Below are positions 9,767 to 19,039 of a stretch of DNA of 64,000 nt, in pieces. The notes beneath the pieces are model-generated. The model was not told the DNA's origin, did not search any database, and was given only the letters and a program-made list of their open reading frames with translations. Position 1 is the stretch's first letter. Each line of letters opens with the position of its first letter. Source of the stretch: a virus; the IMG/VR virus record IMGVR_UViG_3300037264_007554, positions 31,494-95,493 of that record; one strand, written 5' to 3'. Position numbers and translations under genes: made by a program.

Positions 9767-10278
9767 TCCTTCGCCGCTGCGAAATCTTGGTACTTGGCCC
9801 GAGGAGGCTCGGCAGCGAACCGGCCGAGCCCGAGTGTGGTGTCGAGTGCAATCCAGCGCCTCGGCGCATGCTTCGGCACCCCCGCCATGCAGTAGATGTG
9901 ATCCCACGACGCGCCGGTGTTCGACGTGATCCGCCACTTCGCTTGAAAACCATTCTCCATCGCAAGCACAGCATTCAAAATTGACGCATCGTCACAATCA
10001 CCTCCGCCAAACTGCAACGTCCGCAGCGCCGACTGAAAAGTGTCCTTGAAAGTGATGTCGCCGGTGTACCGCACGTTCTTCGTGACGAACTCAAAGATCG
10101 ATCGCAGCTCACACACGTCGTCTCGGGCTGGACACTGGCGCGTCGCAAGCAGTCCGATCTGGCGCATTAACGGGTCGCGTAGTCCACCGTCCGCCAGCAT
10201 CACGAGCCTGCGCAAATGCTTCACGCGATCTTCGAGGCTTCTGCCTACCTCGTGAGCTTGCAGAGTCGGGTTCGACAC
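9763..10278 (-). CDS. Transglutaminase-like cysteine protease (candidate maturation protease)
   Basis: GDCDD (Cys), WDHIY (His), ALDTT (Asp) triad. Confidence 0.75.
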   Translation of the reverse strand: MSNPTLQAHEVGRSLEDRVKHLRRLVMLADGGLRDPLMRQIGLLATRQCPARDDVCELRSIFEFVTKNVRYTGDITFKDTFQSALRTLQFGGGDCDDASILNAVLAMENGFQAKWRITSNTGASWDHIYCMAGVPKHAPRRWIALDTTLGLGRFAAEPPRAKYQDFAAAKE

Positions 10279-10351
10279 GCCTCTGAGAATGCTCCGGCCG
10301 CCCCTACCCCGTCAAATTGCACCCGGCGGAAAAATTCCCTATGCTGGCGGC
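10279..10351. promoter_or_regulatory. Overlapping divergent leaderless promoters
   Basis: GTCAAATTGC core; minus TTGACG-N18-CATTCT-N7-GTG(10278); plus TTGCAC-N17-TATGCT-N6-ATG(10352). Confidence 0.65.
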
Positions 10352-11014
10352 ATGATCAGCACGGACGACCAATTCGGCATCAGCTTCAAGAAACTTGCCA
10401 AGGGTGTCGGCAAGGGCATCTCGAAAGGCGCCAGAGGCGTCGCGAAGGGAGCCAAAGCCGTCGGCACAGTCGCCGTGAGCGCAGCACTTCTGCCGTTCAA
10501 GCTCGCCATGCGGGCCGTCATCAAGCTCGCAATTCCTCTCGGACGCGCGCTCTGCATGGCACCGCCGCAGATTCTTTCTGTCGGCGCAGCCTCTGCGGGC
10601 GTCAGCATGAACGTCGTGCCGATGTTCTGCACGGCCCTCAATCTGAAGAACATGGGAGAGGTACGGCGACTGCTGCCACCGGTGCTCAAGATCGCCGTCA
10701 AGGTTGCAGCCACCGGCGCCGTTCCCGGCATCGGACCGGCTCTGAGCGCGATTCGAGTCGTGCCAGGGCTGAAGCTCATCCCCGGCTTGAAGTTCCTGGC
10801 CGGAGCAGATGCAAATGACGATCTCGCGATGGCCGAAATCAATGGTTTCGCGTACGCACTCTCCGGTGTGAGCGATGAAGAGTTGGCGGAGGCGGTCGAC
10901 GAAATGTCCGGATTCGGTGCCGCCACGCTCACCCCCAACGTCGGCTACGGTATCGGTATGGGAATCGGCGTCACGGCGCTCGCGGCCGGGCTGTTCTTGG
11001 CGTTCAAGGACTGA
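10352..11014 (+). CDS. Putative virion membrane protein
   Basis: QFGISFKKLAKGV amphipathic basic helix, MSGFGA, C-terminal TM, 2 Cys. Confidence 0.6.
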   Translation: MISTDDQFGISFKKLAKGVGKGISKGARGVAKGAKAVGTVAVSAALLPFKLAMRAVIKLAIPLGRALCMAPPQILSVGAASAGVSMNVVPMFCTALNLKNMGEVRRLLPPVLKIAVKVAATGAVPGIGPALSAIRVVPGLKLIPGLKFLAGADANDDLAMAEINGFAYALSGVSDEELAEAVDEMSGFGAATLTPNVGYGIGMGIGVTALAAGLFLAFKD

Positions 11015-11085
11015 TCTCCGCCCTAATTTGCTTTTCGTTTGCAATCGGTTTTAAGTAAGGAAAGAAAGGTTCGGGAGAAAAACAA

Positions 11086-11457
11086 ATGGCAACAGCAGCA
11101 ACCAAGCAATCCGCTTCCCAGAACAGCATCAAGTACGCTTTGTCGAGTACGGGTGCTGGGTCTCTCACGCAGACGACCCTGCTCGCAGACTGCGTGCCCG
11201 GGCCGCTCAAGTCCTTCCTTGCAGGATTGAACACGAATGCTCTCTGGGACGCTGGCTGGCCGGGGACCGCAGCGGCCGTCGCGAACGCGGGCAAACTGTC
11301 CGTCACCCTGACGCCGACGCTCTCCCCCGCCGCCGCCACCGCTGTCAATCCGAGTGCTTTCTTCTCCTCCATCACCAATCGGCACATCGACATCAATCAG
11401 GCGACCGAGGGCAACACCATCCTCGAACTCCGGTTCCACCCGACGCCCGAGCAGTAG
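11086..11457 (+). CDS. Putative abundant virion protein (GPLK family)
   Basis: RBS, terminator after, paralog motifs. Confidence 0.6.
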   Translation: MATAATKQSASQNSIKYALSSTGAGSLTQTTLLADCVPGPLKSFLAGLNTNALWDAGWPGTAAAVANAGKLSVTLTPTLSPAAATAVNPSAFFSSITNRHIDINQATEGNTILELRFHPTPEQ

Positions 11458-11487
11458 GCGCGGTAGGCCAGAACGGCTGATACCGGA

Positions 11488-11523
11488 GACCCCGTTCCCT
11501 TTCCAAAGGGGGCGGGGTTTTCG
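11488..11523 (+). terminator. Rho-independent terminator
   Basis: accccgttccct..agggggcggggt hairpin plus T-run. Confidence 0.7.
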
Positions 11524-11562
11524 TAATTTGACAGATCAATCCCACCGGATGAAAATACGCTC

Positions 11563-11949
11563 ATGGCAACAGTACTCACGCTTCTTGCGAGATCCCAACA
11601 CTCCTTGAAGTACCTTGCCGCTGATGATGGCGGAGATGGCGGTCCCCTGCTCGGCAAGGTGACCCAGGCCCAAATGTTCATCGACGCAGCCCCCGGGCCG
11701 TTGAAGAAACTTCTCGGAAAGATCTTCTCCGCTGCGCGGTGGACAGACCTGATAGGAGACGTCAACGCCAGTCCGCCCACGCCGCCGCAGTTGTCGGTGT
11801 ACCTGACTGTGGACCCCGAGAGTGTGGTGGTTACCGCCGCAGCAGCCGGTCTCTTCAACGACGGCGCGGACAACATTCTCGGTGCGCATTCCGAGGCCAC
11901 AACACGAGCCATCGTCGAACTCCGATTCAATCACACCATCGACTTCTAG
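11563..11949 (+). CDS. Putative virion protein (GPLK family)
   Basis: taatTTGACA-N17-GAAAAT-N6-ATG; paralog motifs. Confidence 0.6.
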   Translation: MATVLTLLARSQHSLKYLAADDGGDGGPLLGKVTQAQMFIDAAPGPLKKLLGKIFSAARWTDLIGDVNASPPTPPQLSVYLTVDPESVVVTAAAAGLFNDGADNILGAHSEATTRAIVELRFNHTIDF

Positions 11950-11961
11950 GACTCCTGACTT

Positions 11962-12480
11962 CTAGCCGCCGACAATTTCGGCCGCGAGTCTGTCCGGCAG
12001 CCAGAGCCCGAATGACCAGCGCTCGGTCAGAGCATCGACGCAGTGCCAAGAATCCGGGCCGGTTTTAAACAAGTTCGCGTGCCCGTTTTTATCCAGGATG
12101 ATTCCTTCAATCGTCTTGAAGTAGGAGCGGGCGTTCTCCGGCACTCGTACGACGTACGCGCGCCAGCCCGGCTTGTCTGAGTTGGTATGCCAACCCATGC
12201 CGCCGCCAGGCGGGTAGTAGTACATCCCGCGGGGAACAACACCTGGATAACAGGGATCCGACGAGTAGCTCGCGGTCAAACTGGCGCATACGGCGCATAC
12301 GTTAAGAGAGGCTGTGCACAGATCTGTTTTTTGCGGCCCGTTCGCGATGTCGACTACGAGCGCCGCACGATCTCGTTCTCGGTTATTCCAAACGTGCATC
12401 ACCGGTTGCACGATCAAGGATTGCCAAATCTGCATGAGCAGCGGATGCTGCTCAACAGGAACTTGCTGGACTTCCATCAC
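11962..12480 (-). CDS. 2OG-Fe(II)/cupin-fold oxygenase-like protein
   Basis: YYPPGGGMGWHTN and WHCV...RWSFG motifs. Confidence 0.55.
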   Translation of the reverse strand: MMEVQQVPVEQHPLLMQIWQSLIVQPVMHVWNNRERDRAALVVDIANGPQKTDLCTASLNVCAVCASLTASYSSDPCYPGVVPRGMYYYPPGGGMGWHTNSDKPGWRAYVVRVPENARSYFKTIEGIILDKNGHANLFKTGPDSWHCVDALTERWSFGLWLPDRLAAEIVGG

Positions 12481-13250
12481 GGTGCTTCGCAGATGGCGCC
12501 GAACGGTATGTAATCGCAGGGTTCATCAAACCATCCCGTATCGTAGTAGAGAATGCAGTCTTCACCGTTCGGATTGCTCTTCGTCAAGTTGTTCGGCTGC
12601 CCCGGTGCCCAACCAACGTGCGCTACCGTCGTACCGTCGAGCCACACATATGTACCTTCAACCGCCCGATCTGAGAGCCCGATCCAATACCAAGAGGTAA
12701 ATAGCTTGTGGCTGCGCAACCAGAGATCCTCGTCCATCGTCTCGATTTTTACGAGATGGTATCCAAGCGACAGGCACAACGCTTTTGATTCATCCCAAGA
12801 AATTCTGCTTTGAATGAACAGGTAGGCGTGGCCACCAAAGATGTTGTGTTGGCCGGGGCATCCGGCGCTGTCGTCTATCACACCGTTGCAGTCGTCATCC
12901 TTGCCGTTGCAGATTTCTGCCAAGGGGATACAAGCAGAAGTACCGGCCGCGCCTCCCGCTCCGGCCGTGCCTCCCGCGCCTCCCGCTCCGGCCGTGCCTC
13001 CCGCTCCGGCCGTGCCTCCCGCTCCGGCCGTGCCTCCCGCTCCGGCCGTGCCTCCCGCTCCGGCCGTGCCTCCCGCTCCGGCCGTGCCGCCCAGGCCCCC
13101 CGCGTCCGTCTCCTCGACCATCATCCGCCCGCGCACCACCCCGAAATCCGCCGACGCCTCGGCGTCTCCCTTCATGACCTCGCTCGGATCGACGCTATCC
13201 GCCCCGCACGCAGCCACAAGACAAAACAGAATCAAGCCAAGACAACGCAT
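12477..13250 (-). CDS. Myxobacterial-type lipoprotein with C-type lectin domain
   Basis: Lipobox LVAAC; GGTAGA linker; EICNGKDDDCNG motif; WIGL, GQPN, EDC, WFDEPC lectin motifs. Confidence 0.8.
   Translation of the reverse strand: MRCLGLILFCLVAACGADSVDPSEVMKGDAEASADFGVVRGRMMVEETDAGGLGGTAGAGGTAGAGGTAGAGGTAGAGGTAGAGGTAGAGGAGGTAGAGGAAGTSACIPLAEICNGKDDDCNGVIDDSAGCPGQHNIFGGHAYLFIQSRISWDESKALCLSLGYHLVKIETMDEDLWLRSHKLFTSWYWIGLSDRAVEGTYVWLDGTTVAHVGWAPGQPNNLTKSNPNGEDCILYYDTGWFDEPCDYIPFGAICEAP
12950..13090. repeat. 18-bp tandem repeat encoding GGTAGA linker
   Basis: (cctcccgctccggccgtg) about 7 copies. Confidence 0.9.
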
Positions 13251-13258
13251 GACCCCTC

Positions 13259-13801
13259 CTACTTTTTCTTGAAACACCCATCGCTCGCGTCGGTCCGGGC
13301 CCGCTTGCTGAAACGCCGGACCCACTTGCAGAACTTCTTGTCGAACCGCGACGGTGCCTTCACCGGTGACGCCGTATCCACACGGCCGCGACGCCCAGGC
13401 GCAGACCACTCGATGTAGACTTCACGCTGCCCCAGGTCTCCGGCCACCTGCTGCGCGAGTTCCTCGACGTTCTTGAAGAACGTCCCACGGCGCCTCTCAG
13501 GCTTTTCCCCGATCCAGATGATGTCGATCTTCATCGACGGCTCCCGCGTGCCTTTGTAAAGACCCTCGGCGCGAACGCCCGTCAAGCCGACGTTCGTCTC
13601 GCCGATCTGATCTGCTCGGCGCTCGAAGACAGCTCGGAACACCGAGCCCGGCTTGATCTTCTCGCCCTCTTTCCAGCCGCCGTAGCTCAACCCGGCCTTG
13701 CGGCCGATGCTGAGAGTGGCTTTCGTGCCCTCTCCGTAGCTGCTGTAGCCGCTGAGATGCTCCACGTACCCGCGCCAGCCTTGCCGTTGTTGCCGGTTCA
13801 T
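13259..13801 (-). CDS. Basic hypothetical protein with 2 Cys
   Basis: Coupled ORF; C-terminal FCKW..GCFKKK. Confidence 0.6.
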   Translation of the reverse strand: MNRQQRQGWRGYVEHLSGYSSYGEGTKATLSIGRKAGLSYGGWKEGEKIKPGSVFRAVFERRADQIGETNVGLTGVRAEGLYKGTREPSMKIDIIWIGEKPERRRGTFFKNVEELAQQVAGDLGQREVYIEWSAPGRRGRVDTASPVKAPSRFDKKFCKWVRRFSKRARTDASDGCFKKK

Positions 13802-14013
13802 TTTTGCGCCACGCTTTCGCTACAGTGTTGATCAGACCGCGTTCCCTGTCCACGAAGTAACCGCAGCACCGAGCGCTCGGCCCTGCGACCCATATCGCCC
13901 AGAGACACCGTCGCCATCCGGCCGCCCTTCTCCAGCAAGGTGTGCTTGCCGGTCTGGCGGATGATCGTCCAGCCTTCTCCGCGCAAACGACGAAGCGCTT
14001 CCTTCCCGTTCAC
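13798..14013 (-). CDS. HicA-like protein
   Basis: GKEALRRLRGEGWTIIRQTGKH...ATV resembles the HicA fold signature. Confidence 0.6.
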   Translation of the reverse strand: MNGKEALRRLRGEGWTIIRQTGKHTLLEKGGRMATVSLGDMGRRAERSVLRLLRGQGTRSDQHCSESVAQK

Positions 14014-14231
14014 TTTTTCACCAGCACTTTCTGGAAGTAGACCGGGCCGCTCCAGTCCATCGCGATCCCTCGCTTCGCCTCCGAGACTCCCTTGGGCGTC
14101 AGCACTGACCCGGTGCCGACCGTCCAGCCGTCGCCGCCCTCGAAGACACCGACGTACAGAATTCTCCGGCCGTCGCGTGGCCACCACTTCGGGGCGCGCA
14201 CAGGGCGGAAGAACAGATGGTAGCGTCTCAT
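14010..14231 (-). CDS. Hypothetical protein
   Basis: Coupled ORF. Confidence 0.5.
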   Translation of the reverse strand: MRRYHLFFRPVRAPKWWPRDGRRILYVGVFEGGDGWTVGTGSVLTPKGVSEAKRGIAMDWSGPVYFQKVLVKK

Positions 14232-14638
14232 TCATCCTCCGGCCGCGGCTGGATGTACTCCGAAATTGCCGTCGCTGTGTTGTTGGCACGCTCCCGGGCC
14301 ACGTCTTCCGTGATGACCTGGCCAGCGCACGTCAGCAAAGACTTACAGATCATCTCCGCCACCGCGAGCACGGCCGCATGCTTCCGCCGGACTTCATTCC
14401 TCTCGTCGCGGAGCATACGCCTGGTGCATTCACTCACCGTCTCGGAATCGTACGCCTCCCAGTAGTCCCCCATGAGGTGAAAAACCGATGGCTCCCAGAT
14501 TTTTCCGTCGTCGGCCCGAACGATCATATTTCCGCCCAGGCCGAAGTCATCAATCCTCAGTGGTGAAGCAGAGGGGCTCGGTCTGATCAAGGCCCCCGGC
14601 ACCTCGCAAGTTTTCCAAAGTATCTCGTAGATGTTCAT
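14228..14638 (-). CDS. Hypothetical protein
   Basis: RBS GGGAG; coupled ORF. Confidence 0.55.
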   Translation of the reverse strand: MNIYEILWKTCEVPGALIRPSPSASPLRIDDFGLGGNMIVRADDGKIWEPSVFHLMGDYWEAYDSETVSECTRRMLRDERNEVRRKHAAVLAVAEMICKSLLTCAGQVITEDVARERANNTATAISEYIQPRPEDE

Positions 14639-14722
14639 GATGTCTCCCTTCCGCAGTTGCGCGCGGTGCGGGTGTTGATCCCGCCCAGGCTTTCGCCTGG
14701 CCCACTGAGGCCGCGCTGCTCG

Positions 14723-15592
14723 CTAGGCCGCGAGCGCGGCTGCCACCACACTCCCCGCCAGCCCTTCGATCCGGGTCTGGATCTCGGGCAGCTTGACGCC
14801 CAGGAGCGTCTCGTACGACCGGATCTTGTCGAGCAGCTTCTCGCAGCGGACCTTGCGGCTCGCCAGTGCCCGGTCACCGATGCCGCTCTCCTCGGTCCGC
14901 GCGGCCAGCTCGGCCTCGATCTCTTCGGCCGCGTCGCGCGCCTCGCGTGTGATCGAGTCTAAGATCGCCTCGACCGCTTCGTCGCAGTGCAGAGCCGGGA
15001 TACGGAACACCCGGTGCTCACCTGCGGCCTGGATCGCGCGGGCGACCTGCTCCCAGAACGCGACGTTCGGCCGGGGCACGAAGTAGATCCCGCCCGAATC
15101 CCGCAGGCTCGTGGCGGCCTTGCCGTCGGCCAGCTTGACCAACCACCCGCCGATGTCCGTCGAAGCGAGCGTCACGCGCGCCGCACGGAAAGCGGCCTGA
15201 ATCTCGTTCGAGATCTTGGACGTCTCGACCGAGAGGGTGTTGATGTCCGTGCGGATGATCTGATACCCGACGTCCCAGCGCGCACGGATCAACTCCGTGG
15301 TGTTGACGTGCCCGTCCTTCGTGTCGACCTCGACGAGACCCCACCCGCCGTTGAAATCGCCGCCCTTGATCTTGAACGCCTTCCGATTCGCGGATTCCTG
15401 GGAGACGACCGCGCGACGGATCGCGACTTCGGCCGATGGCTCGCTCGGCAGCAGCGCCGCGTCGAGGCCCTCCGCCTGCCACGCCTGAGTTAGTTTCGCG
15501 AGCGTGGTGTCCCCCGACAGGCGCCAGTAGCTGATCGCGCCCGCGGTGTCCGTGTTGGTGACGATGAAGTTGCTGCTCTTGGTGTTGGTCAT
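14723..15592 (-). CDS. Hypothetical early protein (DUF6744-like)
   Basis: RBS AGGAGG; SLRDSGGIYFVP motif. Confidence 0.55.
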   Translation of the reverse strand: MTNTKSSNFIVTNTDTAGAISYWRLSGDTTLAKLTQAWQAEGLDAALLPSEPSAEVAIRRAVVSQESANRKAFKIKGGDFNGGWGLVEVDTKDGHVNTTELIRARWDVGYQIIRTDINTLSVETSKISNEIQAAFRAARVTLASTDIGGWLVKLADGKAATSLRDSGGIYFVPRPNVAFWEQVARAIQAAGEHRVFRIPALHCDEAVEAILDSITREARDAAEEIEAELAARTEESGIGDRALASRKVRCEKLLDKIRSYETLLGVKLPEIQTRIEGLAGSVVAAALAA

Positions 15593-15618
15593 GTTCGTTG
15601 CCTCCTGTTTATCAGACG

Positions 15619-15632
15619 TTCTCAAATAAGAA
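15619..15632 (+). repeat. 14-bp direct repeat, left copy TTCTCAAATAAGAA
   Basis: Identical copy at 21033-21046. Confidence 0.85.
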
Positions 15633-15636
15633 AACT

Positions 15637-16080
15637 TCACTTTCTCAAAGAAATTTCCGCGATGATTCTTTTACGCTCCACGACGGATTTCACGGCCTTG
15701 CGCAACGGCACGAGATTGTCGATCCCGATCGTGTGCGCCCAGCCTGGGATGAACAACTCGTCGAATCTGACCCCTGTCTTGCTTTTCCCCTGCAAGCGCT
15801 TGACGGTCACGCTTTCGGCCGCGTACTTCCCGGCCAGCTTTGAATCGACACTTTCCCAGTCGCTACGAATCAACCGATTCCGACGCCCCTCCCACGTCAA
15901 CCGCTCGACGCCCTCCCGCGAGATGATCGCCGGGTACTCTGCGTCTACGACGCCCCGCAGGCCGCGCAGGGCCCCGAGCACGCGCTTACGGGCATTGCGT
16001 CGAGCGATTGGTCGATCGGTCGTACCGTCGAGCGTACGCAGCACCCTGCGCAGTTTCTTGATGTGCTTGTCGAAGTTCAT
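15637..16080 (-). CDS. Hypothetical protein
   Basis: Coupled to VWA gene. Confidence 0.55.
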   Translation of the reverse strand: MNFDKHIKKLRRVLRTLDGTTDRPIARRNARKRVLGALRGLRGVVDAEYPAIISREGVERLTWEGRRNRLIRSDWESVDSKLAGKYAAESVTVKRLQGKSKTGVRFDELFIPGWAHTIGIDNLVPLRKAVKSVVERKRIIAEISLRK

Positions 16081-17372
16081 GCTGCCTCCACTTCTCGTGC
16101 GCCGTCGTCGTCGATCTCGATTCGCGTGCCCCAGGGCGCCGCGGGCCCTCCGCCGATCACACACCAGATCGTCTTGCACCACGTGGGCTCAGCGGCCGGA
16201 AAACCGTCGCCCAGGTGCCCGTCGGTCAGCACGATCACTACCTCGCAGCGCGGCCGCGCCTTTTCCAGTTCCACGAATGCGGGCGTCATGTCGGTGCCCC
16301 CGCCGCCCTTGAGTTGCGCGCACGCTGCCGCGATGTCCCGCACCCGCGCGATACCGTGCACCCGGGCATCGATCGCCACCACCGTCACCTGGGCCGCGAC
16401 CGCGCGGAGCACGCCCTCGATCTCGGACGCGGCCTCGGCCAATTCTTTGTCGCCCATCGAGCCGGACGTGTCAACGACAACACCGACCTCCGGCACCGGC
16501 GCGCGGTACGCAGGCAGCACCGGCCGCCCGACGCCGTAGCCGAACCCGGCCTGACGTCGGCTCGGGCGGCCCCAGTGCAGATCGACAGCACCCGGCCGGT
16601 AAGCGACGGCGTCGCGCACCACACTCGCGAGCTTGGTCCGCCAATCGACCTTCGCCGGAGCGAGAAACTGATCCGCCCAGCGCGCCAGATCCCCCGGCAC
16701 CGTGCCCCGGCCCTGCGTCGCCTGCACGGCCTCCGCGACGGTCCGCTTCATCCGATCTAGTTCGGCCTGGGACCGGCCGCCTCCCTCACCACCGCCCGGC
16801 TCCTCTCCCGGTGTCGGATTGCCGCAGCACGATCCGCACTGGCCGCTGCCGACACCGTTACCCTTGCCCTTGCCCTCGCCTGGCTTGCCCTGCCCGCCGC
16901 CCTGGCTCTGCTGCGGCTGCTTCTGCTTCTGCTGATCGAGCAGCCGGAAACGCTCCTCGAAAATCAGCTTCTCCGGCTGCTGCAGGGTCTCGGGGTACAC
17001 CCATTCCTTCGGCAACTCGCGGCCCAGCTTTTTCGCGGCGTCGCGCAGCGATTCATTGATGCACGCGTCCTGTGCGACGTTCGCCTGCGACGCAGTCTCC
17101 CCGGTCACGCCGAGGGCCTCGGCGCGCGTGAAGTGATCGAGCATCACGTGCATGCACTCGTGGAACAGGCCCCAAGCGACCGTCTCCGGCGTCTGCGAAT
17201 CCACCCACGCCCGGCCCCAGTACAGCACGCCGTCCTTGCTCACCGCGAGCGTGGGCACCTGAGAGGACTCACGCCGTACCAGCGTCGCGAAGACGCTTGC
17301 CAGGTACGGCGCGATGCCCTTCTCGTCGGTGAGCCGCGTGATCGCGACGCCGAGCTTCGTCTGCGCGTCCAT
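16077..17372 (-). CDS. Metallopeptidase plus VWA protein (DUF2201-like)
   Basis: HECMH; MIDAS DTSGS, GGGT, LTDG. Confidence 0.85.
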   Translation of the reverse strand: MDAQTKLGVAITRLTDEKGIAPYLASVFATLVRRESSQVPTLAVSKDGVLYWGRAWVDSQTPETVAWGLFHECMHVMLDHFTRAEALGVTGETASQANVAQDACINESLRDAAKKLGRELPKEWVYPETLQQPEKLIFEERFRLLDQQKQKQPQQSQGGGQGKPGEGKGKGNGVGSGQCGSCCGNPTPGEEPGGGEGGGRSQAELDRMKRTVAEAVQATQGRGTVPGDLARWADQFLAPAKVDWRTKLASVVRDAVAYRPGAVDLHWGRPSRRQAGFGYGVGRPVLPAYRAPVPEVGVVVDTSGSMGDKELAEAASEIEGVLRAVAAQVTVVAIDARVHGIARVRDIAAACAQLKGGGGTDMTPAFVELEKARPRCEVVIVLTDGHLGDGFPAAEPTWCKTIWCVIGGGPAAPWGTRIEIDDDGAREVEAA

Positions 17373-17373
17373 G

Positions 17374-18543
17374 TTACTTGCCCCCCACGAGACCGGCGCC
17401 ACGGAGGAGGGGTTCGAGACGCCCGAGCAGCGGCCGGGCCGCGGGCAACGACGTGAGCAACTCTTTCGTGCCGGGGAACGGCTGCGCCCGCGAGAGCACC
17501 CGCGCGGCCGGGATCGCGCAATCCGCCGCGTCGGCGATCACTTCGCCGATCGTCTGCCACAGCTTGGCCGCACGTTCACGGCGCCGCTCCGCGGTCGGAG
17601 GAGCCACCAGCGCGGCGCACGCACCGAGCACGGCCAGCGTGCGATCCAGGCGGCGCACGTCGTGCTTCCAGTCGACTTTGCCGTCGAGGTAGTCGGCCGT
17701 GTCCGGCAGATCCGCGGTTGCGCGGAAGGTCGCCAGCTCCGAGACCCAGGCCGAGCCGACGAACGCCCCCACGAACTCGTCGGACTCCGACTCGGTCAGG
17801 CCGTGGACCTTGCTCGCCGCCAGCGCGAGCGCGGCGTACTCGACGGAGCGGCGCGACGGCCACGCCTTACCCGGGGCACCCTGCGCTGGCTGCTTGTGCA
17901 GCAACTCGGGGCGCCTCTGGATGAAGCCCGCGACGAGACCACGGGCAGCCGCGTCGGCACCCGGCCACGCGTCCTGCACGCGCTTCTCCTCGGCGAGAGC
18001 GTCGATCGGAGTGACGTCGCCGGAGCGAAAACCGCCCAGGAAACCAGCGACCCACTCCGTCGTCGACAGGCCGTTGTACTCCAGATGACCGAACCGGTTG
18101 CGCAGCGCCGGGGCCAAATCCCAGCCTCCGGCCGCGTCCCGCACTTCGTTCGCCGCGCCGATCACCCGGGCACGCTTGCCCAGGTAGTGCGACCCGATGG
18201 TCCGGAGCTGCACAGCGCCGAGCAGCGGCGCCTGCAGCGCGGGCGGCGCCGTGTTGATCTCGTCCAGAAAAAGCAGCCCGCCGCGCTCGAACTTCTGCGC
18301 GTAATCCGGCGCCGGGTAATGCAGGAACCCGTCCTCACCGGGGATTGGTACGACCCCGAAAGCGCCCTCGCCGCGCTCGGCCGGGGACAGCCGCTCGTAC
18401 TGCAGGCCGGTGCGCGCCGCGATCGACGCGAGCAGACTTGTTTTCCCCACACCCGGGGGCCCCCAGAGCAGGAGCGGCAGGCCCCAGGCCCCCTCGGGGG
18501 ATGGTGTGAACAGCGCGGCGTGGATGATCTTCTCGATGCTCAT
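17374..18543 (-). CDS. MoxR-like AAA+ ATPase
   Basis: GPPGVGKT, LFLDE, AAN, LRNRF; adjacent VWA gene. Confidence 0.88.
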   Translation of the reverse strand: MSIEKIIHAALFTPSPEGAWGLPLLLWGPPGVGKTSLLASIAARTGLQYERLSPAERGEGAFGVVPIPGEDGFLHYPAPDYAQKFERGGLLFLDEINTAPPALQAPLLGAVQLRTIGSHYLGKRARVIGAANEVRDAAGGWDLAPALRNRFGHLEYNGLSTTEWVAGFLGGFRSGDVTPIDALAEEKRVQDAWPGADAAARGLVAGFIQRRPELLHKQPAQGAPGKAWPSRRSVEYAALALAASKVHGLTESESDEFVGAFVGSAWVSELATFRATADLPDTADYLDGKVDWKHDVRRLDRTLAVLGACAALVAPPTAERRRERAAKLWQTIGEVIADAADCAIPAARVLSRAQPFPGTKELLTSLPAARPLLGRLEPLLRGAGLVGGK

Positions 18544-18564
18544 TGGAGTGTCCTTTCGCGAGAG

Positions 18565-19023
18565 TGATATACGTGTATCACATGGTAGGACCGGGCGGCT
18601 ATCTTTTTAATTCACTCTTTTTCAAACTTTCTTCCGACCCCAGCCCGATCCGTGTCAGACCCCCATGTATCATTAGAGGGGCGCCAGAGGGCCGTCCAGG
18701 TCGGTTAAAACGGCTCCCGAGGGTCTTTTTAAGACGGGTCGCGTTATTCAAAAGAGTGCTCGCCAGAACGCATACGCGGCCCGTGGCTGCACGTAAAACG
18801 CCAGGCCCCTTTGCTACACGTATATCAAGATCGCAAAATCGGTATCTCGCGTCATCAAGGGGTTACACGTATGGTCATACGTAAAAAAGTAGGGTTAGTC
18901 GTGAATAGTCGAATAGTTGCAAACGTCCGATTCCGGGCGCGAGCCCGCGACCGGGCGCCTGACCTCCCGCGAAATAAGTTTGAAAAAGTGTGAATGGCAA
19001 GAAAATGTGATACGTCTATATCA
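18565..19023. promoter_or_regulatory. Divergent control region with ATGTGATAC-N3-TATATCA motif before both genes
   Basis: Copies at about 18565-18583 (-) and 19005-19023 (+); partial TACACGTATATCA near 18815. Confidence 0.6.
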
Positions 19024-19039
19024 GTAGGAGACAGAGACC

